Assembly (NCBI GenBank): GCA_951406725.2
Contig: OX597825.1
Location: 50,096,001 to 50,160,000 of the forward strand
Reading direction: 5' to 3'
DNA length: 64,000 nt
Source: Octopus vulgaris
Lineage: Eukaryota
Every line of letters begins with the position of its first letter. Position 1 is the stretch's first letter. Shown one piece after another: positions 51,300 to 64,000 of this stretch. The notes beneath the pieces were generated by a model that saw nothing but the letters and a program-made list of their open reading frames with translations, searched no databases and was not told where the DNA came from. Made by a program: the position numbers and the translations under genes.

Positions 51300-54125
51300 A
51301 TATGTTCAAAAATCTTATATTTATTTAGGGACTAACTGCAGCAAAAGACGCAGAAGTAAGAACAATAATTCTCGCTAAGTTGGAACAAGACCCAGCTGTA
51401 AGCTTACCACAAGTGTCAGAAGTGTGTGAAAGAATAGTCAATTTAACACATGACAGAGAAAATTGACCATAAAGTTTGCTCCTTAGAGAAACAAGTGCTT
51501 TACAGGCAGAATAGAAATCAACTGTGTACTGAAATAGAGTACAAACATGTCAAAAATCAGGAGACAAACCCTTGTTTTTCATGGAGGTCTACACCTGCAA
51601 AAAAACTTCCCCTCTAAGAAACTGGAATATTTCTATTGTGGAAAAATTTACAAGCGCACGTGTAAAACAAAGATGACAAAACGTTGGGACAAAGAAATTA
51701 TAAACAAGATGTCGTCGAAAGTAAATGGTAATTAGAGAGAGAGGAAATGTGTAAATGTGAAAATTGAAGTATAAGAGTAAAAATGCAGTTAGATACTGAA
51801 AGTGATATTACCATTGTGAATGAAGAAACTTGGAAGTATATCAGTAAGCCAAAATTAAGTACATCTACAAAAGTAGCAACGGAATTACGGGCAAAAGGTT
51901 GTGTTTTGTAGATGAATTTGTGAATTATGTGACATTTCGTGATTAAATGAAAATAGCAAAGGTATGTGTTAAAAAAATTCAGTAAATCTATTCGGTACAG
52001 AGTAGATGGAACTGTTCAAATTGTGGAATAATCCCATAAGTGTTTTGTGTTGGAATATAGTCGGTTCAGTCGAAGGTTCGAATGCGGCTGAGGGATTGAA
52101 ACGGAAAATAAAACATTCATTTTCAGATATTTTCTCGGATGAACACAAAGGCAAAAGGATGAACACAAAACAAAGTGCAACGCTTGTATGTAAGCCAAAA
52201 CGTAATATACCGTTCGCGGCACTAGAACAGATAAATAAGGTACTTGAAATACTTGAAAGCCTATGAATAATTGAGAAGACGGACCACTCAGATTGGGCAG
52301 CATATACGGTCTATGGAAAAAAGAAAAATATCACGTTAAATTTTGCGCAGAGTTTTCAACGGGGTTGAATGGTTGCTTAATCTCACATAACTACCCACTG
52401 CCTAGTCTCGAGGAAGTTTCCCAAAATTGAATGGAGGTAAAATTCTTCGCAAAATTAAACCTCTTTGGGGCATATTTACAAATCCAAGAAGAAGAAAACT
52501 GCTTACGCTTACTAGCCATTAATGTACACCATGGCTTATTTAAATTTAAGTGGCTTCCCTTTGGTATAAATGTGGCTCCTACCATATTTCAGCATGTAAT
52601 GGATACAATTCTGGCGGACTGCGATTGTGCTGTCGCTTATTTACACGATTTCCTAATAAAAAGTGAACCACACGAACAATATGTAGAACACGTAAAGCGG
52701 GTATTCGAAACGATACGAGAACTCCGTTTTAATTTAAGTGGAGACAAACTGCGAGTTCTTTCTGAAAAAAAAAAACTAGATAATTGGGCCAGATAAAAGA
52801 TAAAAACGGACGGAATCTGTGACTTGAGATTAGTAAATTACTACCAAATTTATATTCCAAATATACACAATGTAAGGGCCCCGCTCAATGATCTGTTAAA
52901 GAAAATTGCAAAATGGTACTGGACTGGTAATTTTCAGAAAGCATTTGACAAATTAAAAAGCATTTTAACATCGGATCTATCGTTAATGCATTTTGATCCT
53001 AAGCTGGAAATTACATTTGCTAAAGATGCAAGGGATTATGGTGTAGGGGCAGAGCTATTGCACAAATATGACGATAGGAGTAAAAAGGCATAGGCCGTGT
53101 CACGATCGTCATTACCGGTAGAAAGGAACTCTGCCCAAATAGAAAAGGAAGAGTTAGCAGTCATAGTCGGTGCGAAAATATTCCATAGATTTATTCATGG
53201 GAGAAGTCTCTGTCTATAAACGGATCATCACCCACTACTGTCAATATACGGTTCTAAAAAAGGAATACCAGCTCACACAGCGAATAGACAGCAATGGGAC
53301 ACTACATTATTGAATTATGATTACAAAATGGAATGTTTACTGTCAAAACAACTAGGGTATGTGGATGCTTTCTACAGACTGATACCGAAACCCTGAGAGC
53401 TATTTAAGATCAGAAGGAGAAATAAAAACAATGTTATGTGATATGTGGTACGCGAATTATCAGAAACCCTAGAAGATATAAAAAGAAAAGCGGAAAAGGA
53501 CAAATTCATAACAGAAATGAAAAGAATACAGTGGACAGTGGACAGGAAAAGTAAATTGAAACAGGGTTGATGCGAAACGAAAAAAAGACGTGAAACGATA
53601 CTCAATTTGTGATGGCGTACTGATGTCTGCACAGAGAGTAGTAATACCTGAAACACTGCGAAAGAAAATGTTTAAGGAATTTCATGTTAGACATCCTGGT
53701 ATTTCAAGGATGCGTAGCTACGTGTACCGGCCAAAAATGGGTAGCGAAATCGGAAATTTAGGGTTAGGCTGCAGAGGATGCGTTCTATCGACCAGATTAC
53801 CGATGATAAAAAGTGAACTTTGGCCAAAAGTAGATGTACCGTGGTCGAGACTACACATCGATCCCTTAGACGGTTCTTACTACTAAGTGATAGTAGATAA
53901 TTTCTCTAAATGGCCAGAAACTTATAAGTTTAAAAAGCCAATTCCCACTACTACGACAAAATTTCTACATTCGCTGTTTGCCAGATTTGACACCCCAGAT
54001 CCGATAGTGTCTCACAATGGAACGTATTTGGTATTTTTTCCAGTTTAAAAATGTTTGTAAAACTTCGCTGTAGAACATGTGACTACGGCGCTTTACCATC
54101 CCAAATCTAATGGACAAGTAGAATG
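51300..54125 (+). mobile_element. Ty3/Gypsy LTR retrotransposon internal region, decayed (gag, protease, RT, RNase H, integrase)
   Basis: MQLDTESDITIV, FKWLPFGINVAPTIFQHVMD..AYLHD, HFDPKLEITFAKDARDYGVGA, EFHVRHPGISRM..C.GC, PWSRLHID, IVDNFSKWPE, YHPKSNGQVE; no LTRs recognised. Confidence 0.9.
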
Positions 54126-55234
54126 TTATATATATATATACACAATCATTTAAGCTGCATCCTACAGGTCGAAAGTTTCAGGGCATTGTGGAGTGTTGAA
54201 CAACCTCTTAGCCACGGTTGTTCTTAGGTCTCGTTTAATCCAGAATAGTATCACCTACTGAGTTAAGGTGCGTTAAAATTACGGTATTCAGTTTGGTGGA
54301 TACGAACTATTTCGACAAGTCAATTTATTGAGTGAATATTAGGTGATCCTGAGCGGATGAACAGACAACAATCTGTCAACGGCCAGGTTCATGTAAACAG
54401 TTTACGACTGTCATTTGTAGTTGTGGCGTGCACGGATAAGATATTTCAGCTAGTAAAAGACCAGTGTAACTATTAATAAAACCCAAGCCAGACATTCATG
54501 TGTCATCGCTTGAATGAGACGTTTGGCATGAAACAGTTACAATTAGTAACAGCAATTTTGTCATAAAATATGGCGCTATCGAATTCAACACAAACTGCTT
54601 TGCTACTAACTACATGCGAAAGTTGTTGATGTAGCTCTAGAGACACCGTTGCTTGTTTTTCTTAGCAACATTCCATACGACTGTTTGTCCTGATCACTGA
54701 AATGTAATCTCGTCCACCAGAACACTTCTTTGGACTTATTCCTCTTTTTATGTTGAAAGCAGCCATCATTTTAAAATCATCTTCATCGCAAATCTTTAGA
54801 TCACTTAGTAATCATTTAGTAACAGATATTCGTGTTCAAGCATACTCACATTAAGAAATAGCTTATAAAATCTGATAAGAATTTAAGAGATGTAATTTAA
54901 AGATATATATCTGAAAATAATTATTCAAACAACTAATTATCTTAATTATATATAAATTGAAATATAAGAATAAATTTATCAACAATTAATTGTTCGTTTT
55001 ACTTAATTAAGCTTTACACTTCATGTCCCAAAATAACTGCTGTTTCCTATATTTCGTCAAACTGAGATATCAGAAATAACTCTTATCCAAAGATGTACTG
55101 AGGAAGGGGTCCTAACCCAGAAATATTGAAATATCAGGCAAAACTATCAACATATATTCTTATAAATTGTATTGTTTTGGCTTAAAATGTATAATGTAAA
55201 CACACACATATACATATATACATAAATATATATA

Positions 55235-55652
<418 letters not shown>

Positions 55653-55760
55653 TATTCACTTTACTTCAAGTTGTGCGTATAATACCAGACTGACATGGTA
55701 CCTCAACTTAAGTACGTAATTCAACTGAATCTTAATTGTTTCTTTGATATATATATATAC

Positions 55761-55805
<45 letters not shown>

Positions 55806-58376
55806 GAGAGAGAGAGGGATGGAGAGAGATACACATACATGCATCATACATATACGTACATATTTACATATATACACACTCACACGTACACGCAAGCACC
55901 GAGTTATGAATGCATGAATGTATGTATGTATCTGTATGTAAAGGATGAAAATGAGGAGGAGAAGGACCAGAAGCAGGAGAAAGATGTGGAAGATTATAAC
56001 TGCGGTGATGATGTCAGTTATGATGACGACATATATTCTGTTGCTTCGATGATAGATAATTATTTGTGCGATTGATCGAACAGCTCAATGTTGTGTAAAT
56101 CACAATGTATTGCAAAAATTAGTAAACCCTTCACACAGTTATTTGAACCATTTAATGCTACATATGGATGATCTTTGGATCACAGATATAAATCCATCAA
56201 AATTCATCCTGATAAATCCAATTTCATTCACGTTTGGATCGACTCGTGTCTATACATTTGCTCAAGGTGATAAACAGTGGGACCAGCCGGTCGCAATTCT
56301 TCCCTGTCTATATCTTACGCTCTCTATTTCTATCAAAAACTATATTATTTGTTGCTATACATCTGCTTCGAACATGAAATATTAGAGAGTTTAATTTAGT
56401 TTTTCGCCCCGAATGAATATTAGTTTTTATTTAACAGGTTAAACATCATAATTTCTTTTGTCAAAAACTGTAATAGAATATCAACTATAAATCATTCATT
56501 TGTTGTCTAATGGATGTCTTTTAGTGGTGAAACTTAAATTTAATATTGTGAGAAGATTAAAAGAACATGACTGCATTCTATGTGTATATTCATTCAGCCG
56601 TTCAACGGTTTTCAGCATAAGCTAGATTTTTATTTAATATCTGATTTCATTTTGTAGCATGTTTATTAACTTTACTTTGGCAACAACGAAATTGATAATC
56701 AATTCCAGTTGGTAACATATAAACCTAGAAATAACAACATGCGTCGTTGGACTGGGTTGGGGCATCAAGTTTCCACTGCACAAGTGGTGGGTGTTCTTAT
56801 TATACGTATTCAATGTCTACGTGTCTCTGTTTTCCAAGGCCCAATCTAACGCTCTGCAAAAGCAAATTTCCAGATAAATACATATTGACGTGTATATATG
56901 TGTATGCGTATTTAGTGAATGGTGTATGTTTGCATGTGTGCAGATTGTCGCCCTCCGTCAACCTTCAATGTTGTTTACTAATTAAATATTTCAAACATAT
57001 ACAACACAGGTGAGCCGACAATAATTATTCTAATTTATTTTTACTGCATTCATGATTTAATGAAATAAACATGGCAGAACAATGAATATAGCGTGAAGTT
57101 TTTAATCCGGCGGTTATATGTTCGTATATATCTTACTTCCATTAAATGTATTTGCCAATACATTAGTATCCCTATTTGTAAGTCCAAATGTTCATTTTAT
57201 TCACCCACTATTCGCAATATCTCCCCTCTTCAAATAATCATATTAACAGTATACATAGAAAATGCTATGAGATATGAAATTTATTTGAAACGTCTTATCC
57301 GTTCTGGTATGAATTGAATCAATTCTATGTAGCAATATAAATCTAGTTTATCTGTATATGAAGTTAGGGAATATAACTAAACTGTAAACGTTGTTGGTTT
57401 TGTTTAGTCCTAGAACCAACCCAATCAAAAACTGCTTTGATCGAAACAGATTCAGAGTAATGAACACCTTGCATTTCTGGGACTTGGCTATCTAAAGAAT
57501 TCATTTATATTTTAAGATAGCAGGGTGTGAAACGAGAGGGCTTTGATATATCTAGCAGTTCGATGGACACTATAGAAGTTCTGAACTCCCGCTGAGGTAA
57601 CGGAGAAACACAACTTTTTTTTAAGTGCACCGTTATATACATCTGCGTATATATGCATACAAGCACACGTAGAAATATATATTTAGTATTAATTGATAGT
57701 AGGAGATGGATTTTGTATTAGACTTTTATTAGGTACAACATATATTTTGACCCAATGGTCTGGGTCTCTTCAGGTACATTGATAAAGAAGCCTCGCTAGA
57801 TATTTTTTGCGTCGGCTGGTTTGTTGTAGTATACCCATCCAGTTCGAGAATGAATAAAAGTAAAACATATTGTAGAATCGCAAAAGATTCAAATATGAAC
57901 GTGAAAAACAATCGTCCCAGTTTAGGTAAAATTACGTAATCACATTTCGCTGTCGTAACTGCTTAGAAGAAAAAGAAAGTAGAAGGTGAAAGGAAGATTA
58001 CTACAGAAACAAATAGTATCGTGTTCGTGCATATACCTACACACATACATTTACATACGTACATATATATATATGTACGAGAGGTTTAAGCTACATACTG
58101 ATTGGTCAAAACGGTATTCGAAAGATTCAGCTTTCTAAAAGGCGTAAAACGCTAGAAGTCAGTCATATATATATATATATATACTTACTTATACACATAC
58201 GGACATATACATATATATATATATATATAAATACACACATACACGCAAAATGAGACGCACATACACACACTCGTACATTCGTATATATTAACATATTTAT
58301 ATATATATATACATATGTATATGTATATATATATATTTATATATATACATATACCTACACATATATACATATATAG

Positions 58377-58424
<48 letters not shown>

Positions 58425-58621
58425 GCCTACATTGTAAAGTTACATGTTTAAGTACATAGTATTATGTTATTCTGATACTATTATTTTTAACTCAGGTGGA
58501 ATAAGCCGAGCAGTGGGTGTTAGGTTTACATTAGTTAAATATGGTTACGATTGTAACTTGTGAATGTGTGTTTACCTACATGTAGCCATCTGGATATGTG
58601 TGGAACACGACTGTCGCTACA

Positions 58622-58660
58622 AAAACCTGATGATTGCGTAACGCATGAAAGTACTAGTAT
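58622..58660 (+). ncRNA. Minimal hammerhead ribozyme (PLE type)
   Basis: AC-CTGATGA-TTGCG(TAA)CGCAT-GAAA-GTAC-TA/GT; palindromic GTAC. Confidence 0.65.
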
Positions 58661-59374
58661 ATTTCGATATTGTGAAATTGTAAAATTGTAAAAATTGCAA
58701 ATAAGAAAACGTGAAAATCAGACTAAGTTTGAATTTCACTGATTACTATATTGTTCTATACATAAGCATACAAATTCGTATATATATATAAGTAACCTCA
58801 TTGACATTATCCTAAAACCACTGTGTAGTCACATACCCAGTTTCATTCGGAATGGCATCGATTTCCTGTCATATCTGCTCAAAACAACAGAATCCAAATC
58901 ATTATTGGTTTTAATGTAACAAACATTCCATATGATTTGGGAATTAATGCCATAAAATATTTTGTCTAGAAACATAGAGAAAGGATTCCCAGCGATTTTC
59001 TCCAGTTTTCGTACACTCAGTATTGAGACACTTAGAATAAAACCTGTATAAAAAAAAAACTGAAGAAAACTACGGCATGGAAACGATACCTCGATGATTG
59101 TTTCTTAATTTGGACCAAATCCCTAGAAAATCTGGAAGAATTCAACACCCTAATCAAGAACCTACACACTAGACTCAAATTTACAAGAGAAATGAGCAAC
59201 ATACAATTTCTATGTCTTGACATAATGGTAATTAAGAACAACATCACAATCAGAACTGATATTTATTACAAAAGCACAGATACACGCTAGTACCTAAATT
59301 TCAAATCATGCCACCCAACACACACAACACGCAATATCCTGTACTGTCTAACCAGGGAAATGCATAATATAGTA

Positions 59375-59632
59375 CAGTGGTTCCCAAACTTTTTCAGGCT
59401 GCCGCCCTCTTGGTACTGAGGCCACCACAAATATAGACCGCTTTATGCAGCAAATTCAAAACAACTGCATTTCACTAATAAAACTTAAACCCAATTAAAC
59501 TATTAATATATTTTCTTTTACATCCATCAGCCCATTGTGGCCACCCCATTTTCATCCCACTTTTCTTCAACGCCCCGCTTGATATTTCCACCCCAAACCA
59601 GGGGGCAGTACTGCCCACTTTGGGAACTACTG
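59375..59632. mobile_element. hAT (Charlie-like) MITE inserted into the PLE RT
   Basis: TIRs CAGTGGTTCCCAAA / TTTGGGAACTACTG; degenerate 8-bp TSD ATATAGTA / CTATAATA. Confidence 0.85.
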
Positions 59633-60607
59633 CTATAATAGATGATCCAAATACCAAGAACATGCACTTTACAGAACTCAAAGGACTTCTGTTCAAGGAA
59701 AAATACCCTCTCTTACTTATAGAAAATCACATGCAACGAGCAAAAGAGACACCTATTGATTGAGCAACTTCGAGCAATATGAGAAAGACGACCCCTTCAA
59801 CGAACAACAATGGAATTTCCAGTAACACACAATCCGCATCACCAAAATATCTTTAACATCATCAGAACAAATTTGCCAATCATGAAACAAAGTGAAAAAT
59901 TTAAAAAACATAATCACTAATGAAACACTTACCTAAAGCGAAAGCCAACCACATAACTTAATGAAACTATTGACTAAGGCAAAATTCAACATGAACAAAC
60001 AAGATAAAACATTCACAATATCCAAATGTAATGATAACAGATGTAGAACGTGTCAATACATGCATACTGGTAGATCCATGAGAACAAAAAATGGACAGAT
60101 TTTCACAAATGCAGATATGAACTGCAAAATATAGAAACATGTGGTCAAAAAATGCTTCTAATTTTTCCTTTCCACATGAGACAAGTGAAATTGGAAGAAA
60201 GATAAAAGACAAACGTTTTATCAAAATGTTCAAACCTGTTCTGAACGGAAATTACAACAATAATATAACAACCAGTTAATGATATGAATTAAAATATATC
60301 TTTAACATATGAATATAAAGAAATTGCAGAAGACTCCCACCGATTGAAATAAAACGATCGAAATCAACTAAGTTTGCTCACTCATAAAACCATTACATGT
60401 AAACAGCAAGCTAATTGATTGAAATAAAGGCGGGATCTATGCCAGCCAGTAATATTGGTGCGCCCGGGAAACCGAGAGGTTTAAGCTACATACTGATTGG
60501 TCAAAACTGTATTCGAAAGATTCAGCTTTCTAAAAGGCGTAAAACGGTAGAAGTCAGTCATTTTACTGTAGTTGTCAAGCACTTATCTTTCAGTTAATAC
60601 ATTTTGA

Positions 60608-60646
60608 AATCTGATGATTACTACGAACGTATGAAAGCGCTAATTG
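60608..60646 (+). ncRNA. Minimal hammerhead ribozyme (PLE type)
   Basis: AAT-CTGATGA-TTAC-TACG(AA)CGTA-T-GAAA-GCGC-TA/ATT; palindromic GCGC. Confidence 0.7.
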
Positions 60647-61438
60647 AACTTTATGAATATTACTAAGTATTCGTCCCATGTTTAACACACTTCAGCATTG
60701 TAAAATAAAATTTTGCTAAATACAATAATAAAAAACGGGAAAGCAAGTCCTTGTAACTTTACTCAGCTGAGTTAACATATGCACAATTTGTTCGAACTTC
60801 ACTTGATTATTTCTATCCTTACTACTGGCCTCTATATCCGCTCAACTTGATCTCCCTTATAGTCATTCATTCCCCTGTGGAATCGATCTCCTGTAAATAT
60901 ATCGGAATCTGAGTCTGAATCATTTGAGCACTACTTAGTCTCTTCTATACCGAAAATCTCTGGATTCCATCTGTGGACTAACATTTAGGGAGGAAAGGAA
61001 TCACAAATACAAACATCTGAAAGATCATGTAAACTTGTAATACTTTGGGAATATTTGAGAAAGGGAGACAAATGCCCGATAGTCGCAAGGATCCGTGTAT
61101 TACAGGATGACGAGGACAACTGCTTTCGAAAATAGTTTGAGATAAAGTTAAGTAATTAATATAAAAAATAAAGTGCGCAATAATTGAACTCACGGAAAGT
61201 TTAGAAGTAACCTAAGTAAAATAAGAAGCATTCAAGGCGAGAAAGTAAGGAAAAAATATGTATACAGCTTTTGATAAATCTTTAACAAGAACTGTCAAAA
61301 TAAATATAAATACAGTTAATTAGTGCACCTGAATACACTGGAATAAACACACATATGTTATTCATATGATAAATAAATTTATATATATATATATACATAT
61401 ATGCACTATTTAATTATATATATATATTTATATATATG

Positions 61439-61473
<35 letters not shown>

Positions 61474-62395
61474 GAACATATATATAGATATATACATATA
61501 AATATGAATACACAAAACATACGTATATATACATATATATACACATGTAGATACGTACAAATACACACACACACATATATATATAAATAAAAGTATATAA
61601 TATTTATATATATGTATATATATACGTATATATGTACATATATATAAATATATATACATATATATATATATATATTTATATATTTATAATACATAGATAG
61701 ATATAAGTATATGTGTATGTTTGTGTCTATATGTGTCTGTGTATGTATAGGCATATATAAACAAACCACCCAAGACATCAATAACTGAAACTTCTAGCAC
61801 CATATCTCAAACAGCACTAAAATTGAAAACTAATATAGAGACGAAAAAAAAACAGACATAGAATATTTTCTTTTTTATGCACTGACAATATCTATACATC
61901 TTACACTTATCGTGTATTGGTTTTTTCTCTGATTCTTCTGAGAAAATATCTGTTGAACTAGGTTATTATACTTTAGGGTATGGTTAATGTATGGTTTAGT
62001 CATATTTATGGCTTTTTTTTATATCTGCCTTTTTTATTTCTTCGTATTTATGTGTGTATATGGTGATGTGTGTGTACGTATATGATAGGTGTATTTCTCT
62101 CTGTGTTTGGATATGAAATATATTACACATACACACACACTGTCATGCACGCTCACTTACACACACTCACACACATACGTATACGTATATATGTGTATGT
62201 GTGTCTGTCTGTATGTGTCTGTGTCTGTGTCTGTGTGTGTAGTTATAAGCTTTTATATTTGTACATATATATAAATATCTATATCCATGTATATATGTAT
62301 GAATAACCATATGCTTCCGTATACATCCACAGATGTATGTGTTTATAGATTTGGTATATGGATATATATATATGTGTGTGTGTATGTGTGTATAC

Positions 62396-62431
<36 letters not shown>

Positions 62432-62667
62432 TATATATTCATATGTGTCTATGCATATACATATGTATGTGCTTTATATATGCATATATAAATATACATA
62501 TATATACATATATGTAAAATATACAGGGTAGCGAATATTTTTCACTACCAGTGACCTAGCATGTATAAAAAGTCAATAGACAGCATATTCTCAATATAAA
62601 ATAGTGCACAAGAGAAATTACCTTTAACAGGTAATTTTACACGCTAGAAGAAGCAATCAAAATGACT

Positions 62668-62908
62668 AAAACCACATTTAAGAGCAATTTCGAAGGGAAT
62701 AAAATCTTTTACCTTGTTATTTTTCACGGTTTTACCTAGGCTTCAAATTTTTTTAGCAAATAAGATAATGTTCAGGAAACTTTCTCATCAGTAACCGCGC
62801 CATAACATTAACACATAATTTAGAGACAAACTAACACGTCCTCATCATAACAAAATAAGAAATTTTATTTTTGATTCCCTTCGAAATTGCTCTCAAATGT
62901 GGTTTTTA
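62668..62908. mobile_element. Inverted pLTR-like module with a minus-strand hammerhead remnant (62725-62798)
   Basis: AAAACCACATTTAAGAGCAATTTCGAAGGGAAT / ATTCCCTTCGAAATTGCTCTCAAATGTGGTTTT; minus strand CGGTTA-CTGATGA...GAAG-CCTAGG-TA/AAACCG. Confidence 0.65.
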
Positions 62909-62909
62909 T

Positions 62910-63840
62910 AAGATGGATATGTTCCAAGTTGACGCATGACAATTGATGAACAATTAGTTCCATTCAAAGGGCGCTACCCATTCCGGGTATATATTCCTTC
63001 AAAGCCAGGAAAATATAGAATTAAAATTTGGGCAATATGTGACAGTGAAACATCTTATGCCTGGAAAAATGCAAATCTACCCTGGAAAAGTCCCAGTAAA
63101 GTGGAGAGACACAAATCAAGGTTCAAGAGTTGTTGAAACCTAGTAAAATAACATGAAAATACTGGTCACTATATAACTTGTGATAATTTCTTTACAATCT
63201 AGGATTGGCTTGAAAGCTGCTTAGCAAGAAAACTACTTTAGTTGAAACAATTAAAAAGAACATAGTTGAACCTTCAAGTGCTTTCACAAGAGGAAAAGAA
63301 AGAGAAATCAACAGCACAATATTTGGATTTCAAAAGAATTCTATGATCCTATCTTATTGTCCCAAGAAAAACTATGCAGTCACACTTAGCCTTCAATTGA
63401 TTCAAAAAGTGCTGAAAAGAAACCTGAAGTCATTACATGCTACAACAAAACAAAATGAGGAATAGATACTCTGGATAAGATGGCAAGGGCATACACTTGC
63501 AAAAGAATGACTCGAAGATGGCCTAGGATTATATTCTACAACATGTTTGATATAAGTGCAGTGAATGCTTTCAATGTTGCCAAACGGCTTCACTTGTAAA
63601 AGTTTCAAGGATAAAGGAAGACAGTGCCTAATTCAGTTAGGAAAGGAACTTGCTGGAGATAATTCTAAACAAGAACACGACAAACAATCTTCTAGTTCCG
63701 CTGACATTTATCAACCAAACAAGAAAAGAAGACGATCTTCAACCTCATTTGAGATTCCTCAGCCAAAACAAAAGACAGGAAAACTCGTACTACATATAAG
63801 AATTGTAATATCCATATTTGCCAAGAACATTCCAATTTTG
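62910..63840 (+). mobile_element. piggyBac transposase pseudogene
   Basis: TIDEQLVPFKGRYPFRVYIPSKPGKYRIKIWAICD, ITCDNFFT, TRRWPRIIFYNMFDISAVNAF; frameshifted. Confidence 0.9.
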
Positions 63841-64000
63841 TAAATTCTAAAATTTGTTATATATTCTGTAAACTGTATTTCTTTTAAATTAAAATTTGTT
63901 AGAAACAGTAATTCTTCATTGACCTGATACCATATATAATGTAGCTAAGAAATAGCGGTACTTTAATAAAATTTAACTTTGAAAAATTTCGGGTGCATTG

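Larger units (their letters stand above)
58078..60800 (+). mobile_element. Decayed PLE (RT + GIY-YIG linker) with ~88-bp direct terminal repeats and flanking hammerheads
   Basis: WKRYLDDCFLIW, FLCLDIMV, IYYKSTD, SCHPTHT, KCNDNRCRTC; direct repeat 58078-58166 / 60473-60561. Confidence 0.85.

Noticed and set aside
54150-54800. Possible Tc1-like transposase remnant on the minus strand
   Set aside because: Resemblance limited to a vague N-terminal pattern; no clear DDE motifs or TIRs
56100-61130. Possible exons of a second host gene (around 56740-56860, 57730-57860, 60840-61120)
   Set aside because: Short open stretches with plausible splice sites but no recognisable domain or consistent exon chain; needs RNA-seq

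Overview
Eukaryotic, very AT-rich, microsatellite- and transposon-dense genomic DNA. It is most likely an octopus (coleoid cephalopod), inferred from the abundant ~400-bp tRNA-derived SINE family. One host gene is supported: a six-exon secreted S1A (trypsin/chymotrypsin-fold) serine protease on the + strand (CDS 5509-28766, 274 aa, TATA/Inr upstream, AATAAA downstream). Its triad is intact, but it has unusual features: Glu189 in the S1 pocket, Asn at P1 of the activation site, and an extra Cys25/Cys117 pair. Intron 1 holds a young Neptune-type Penelope-like element (PLE) on the - strand. Its coiled-coil ORF1 overlaps the RT/GIY-YIG frame at an HIV-like AAT-TTT-TTA slippery site, a candidate programmed -1 frameshift, and its pLTR carries a minimal hammerhead ribozyme with a U3-A8 compensatory core. 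Further intact or decayed hammerheads sit in short inverted pLTR-like modules next to (TA)n tracts, and several local fold-back inverted duplications occur. Other remnants: R4/Dong LINE, Naiad PLE, two more decayed PLEs, RTE/BovB LINEs, mariner, hAT MITE, Helitron, Gypsy and piggyBac. Most short ORFs in the supplied track are microsatellite artefacts. All calls are from reading the sequence by eye; no searches were run.
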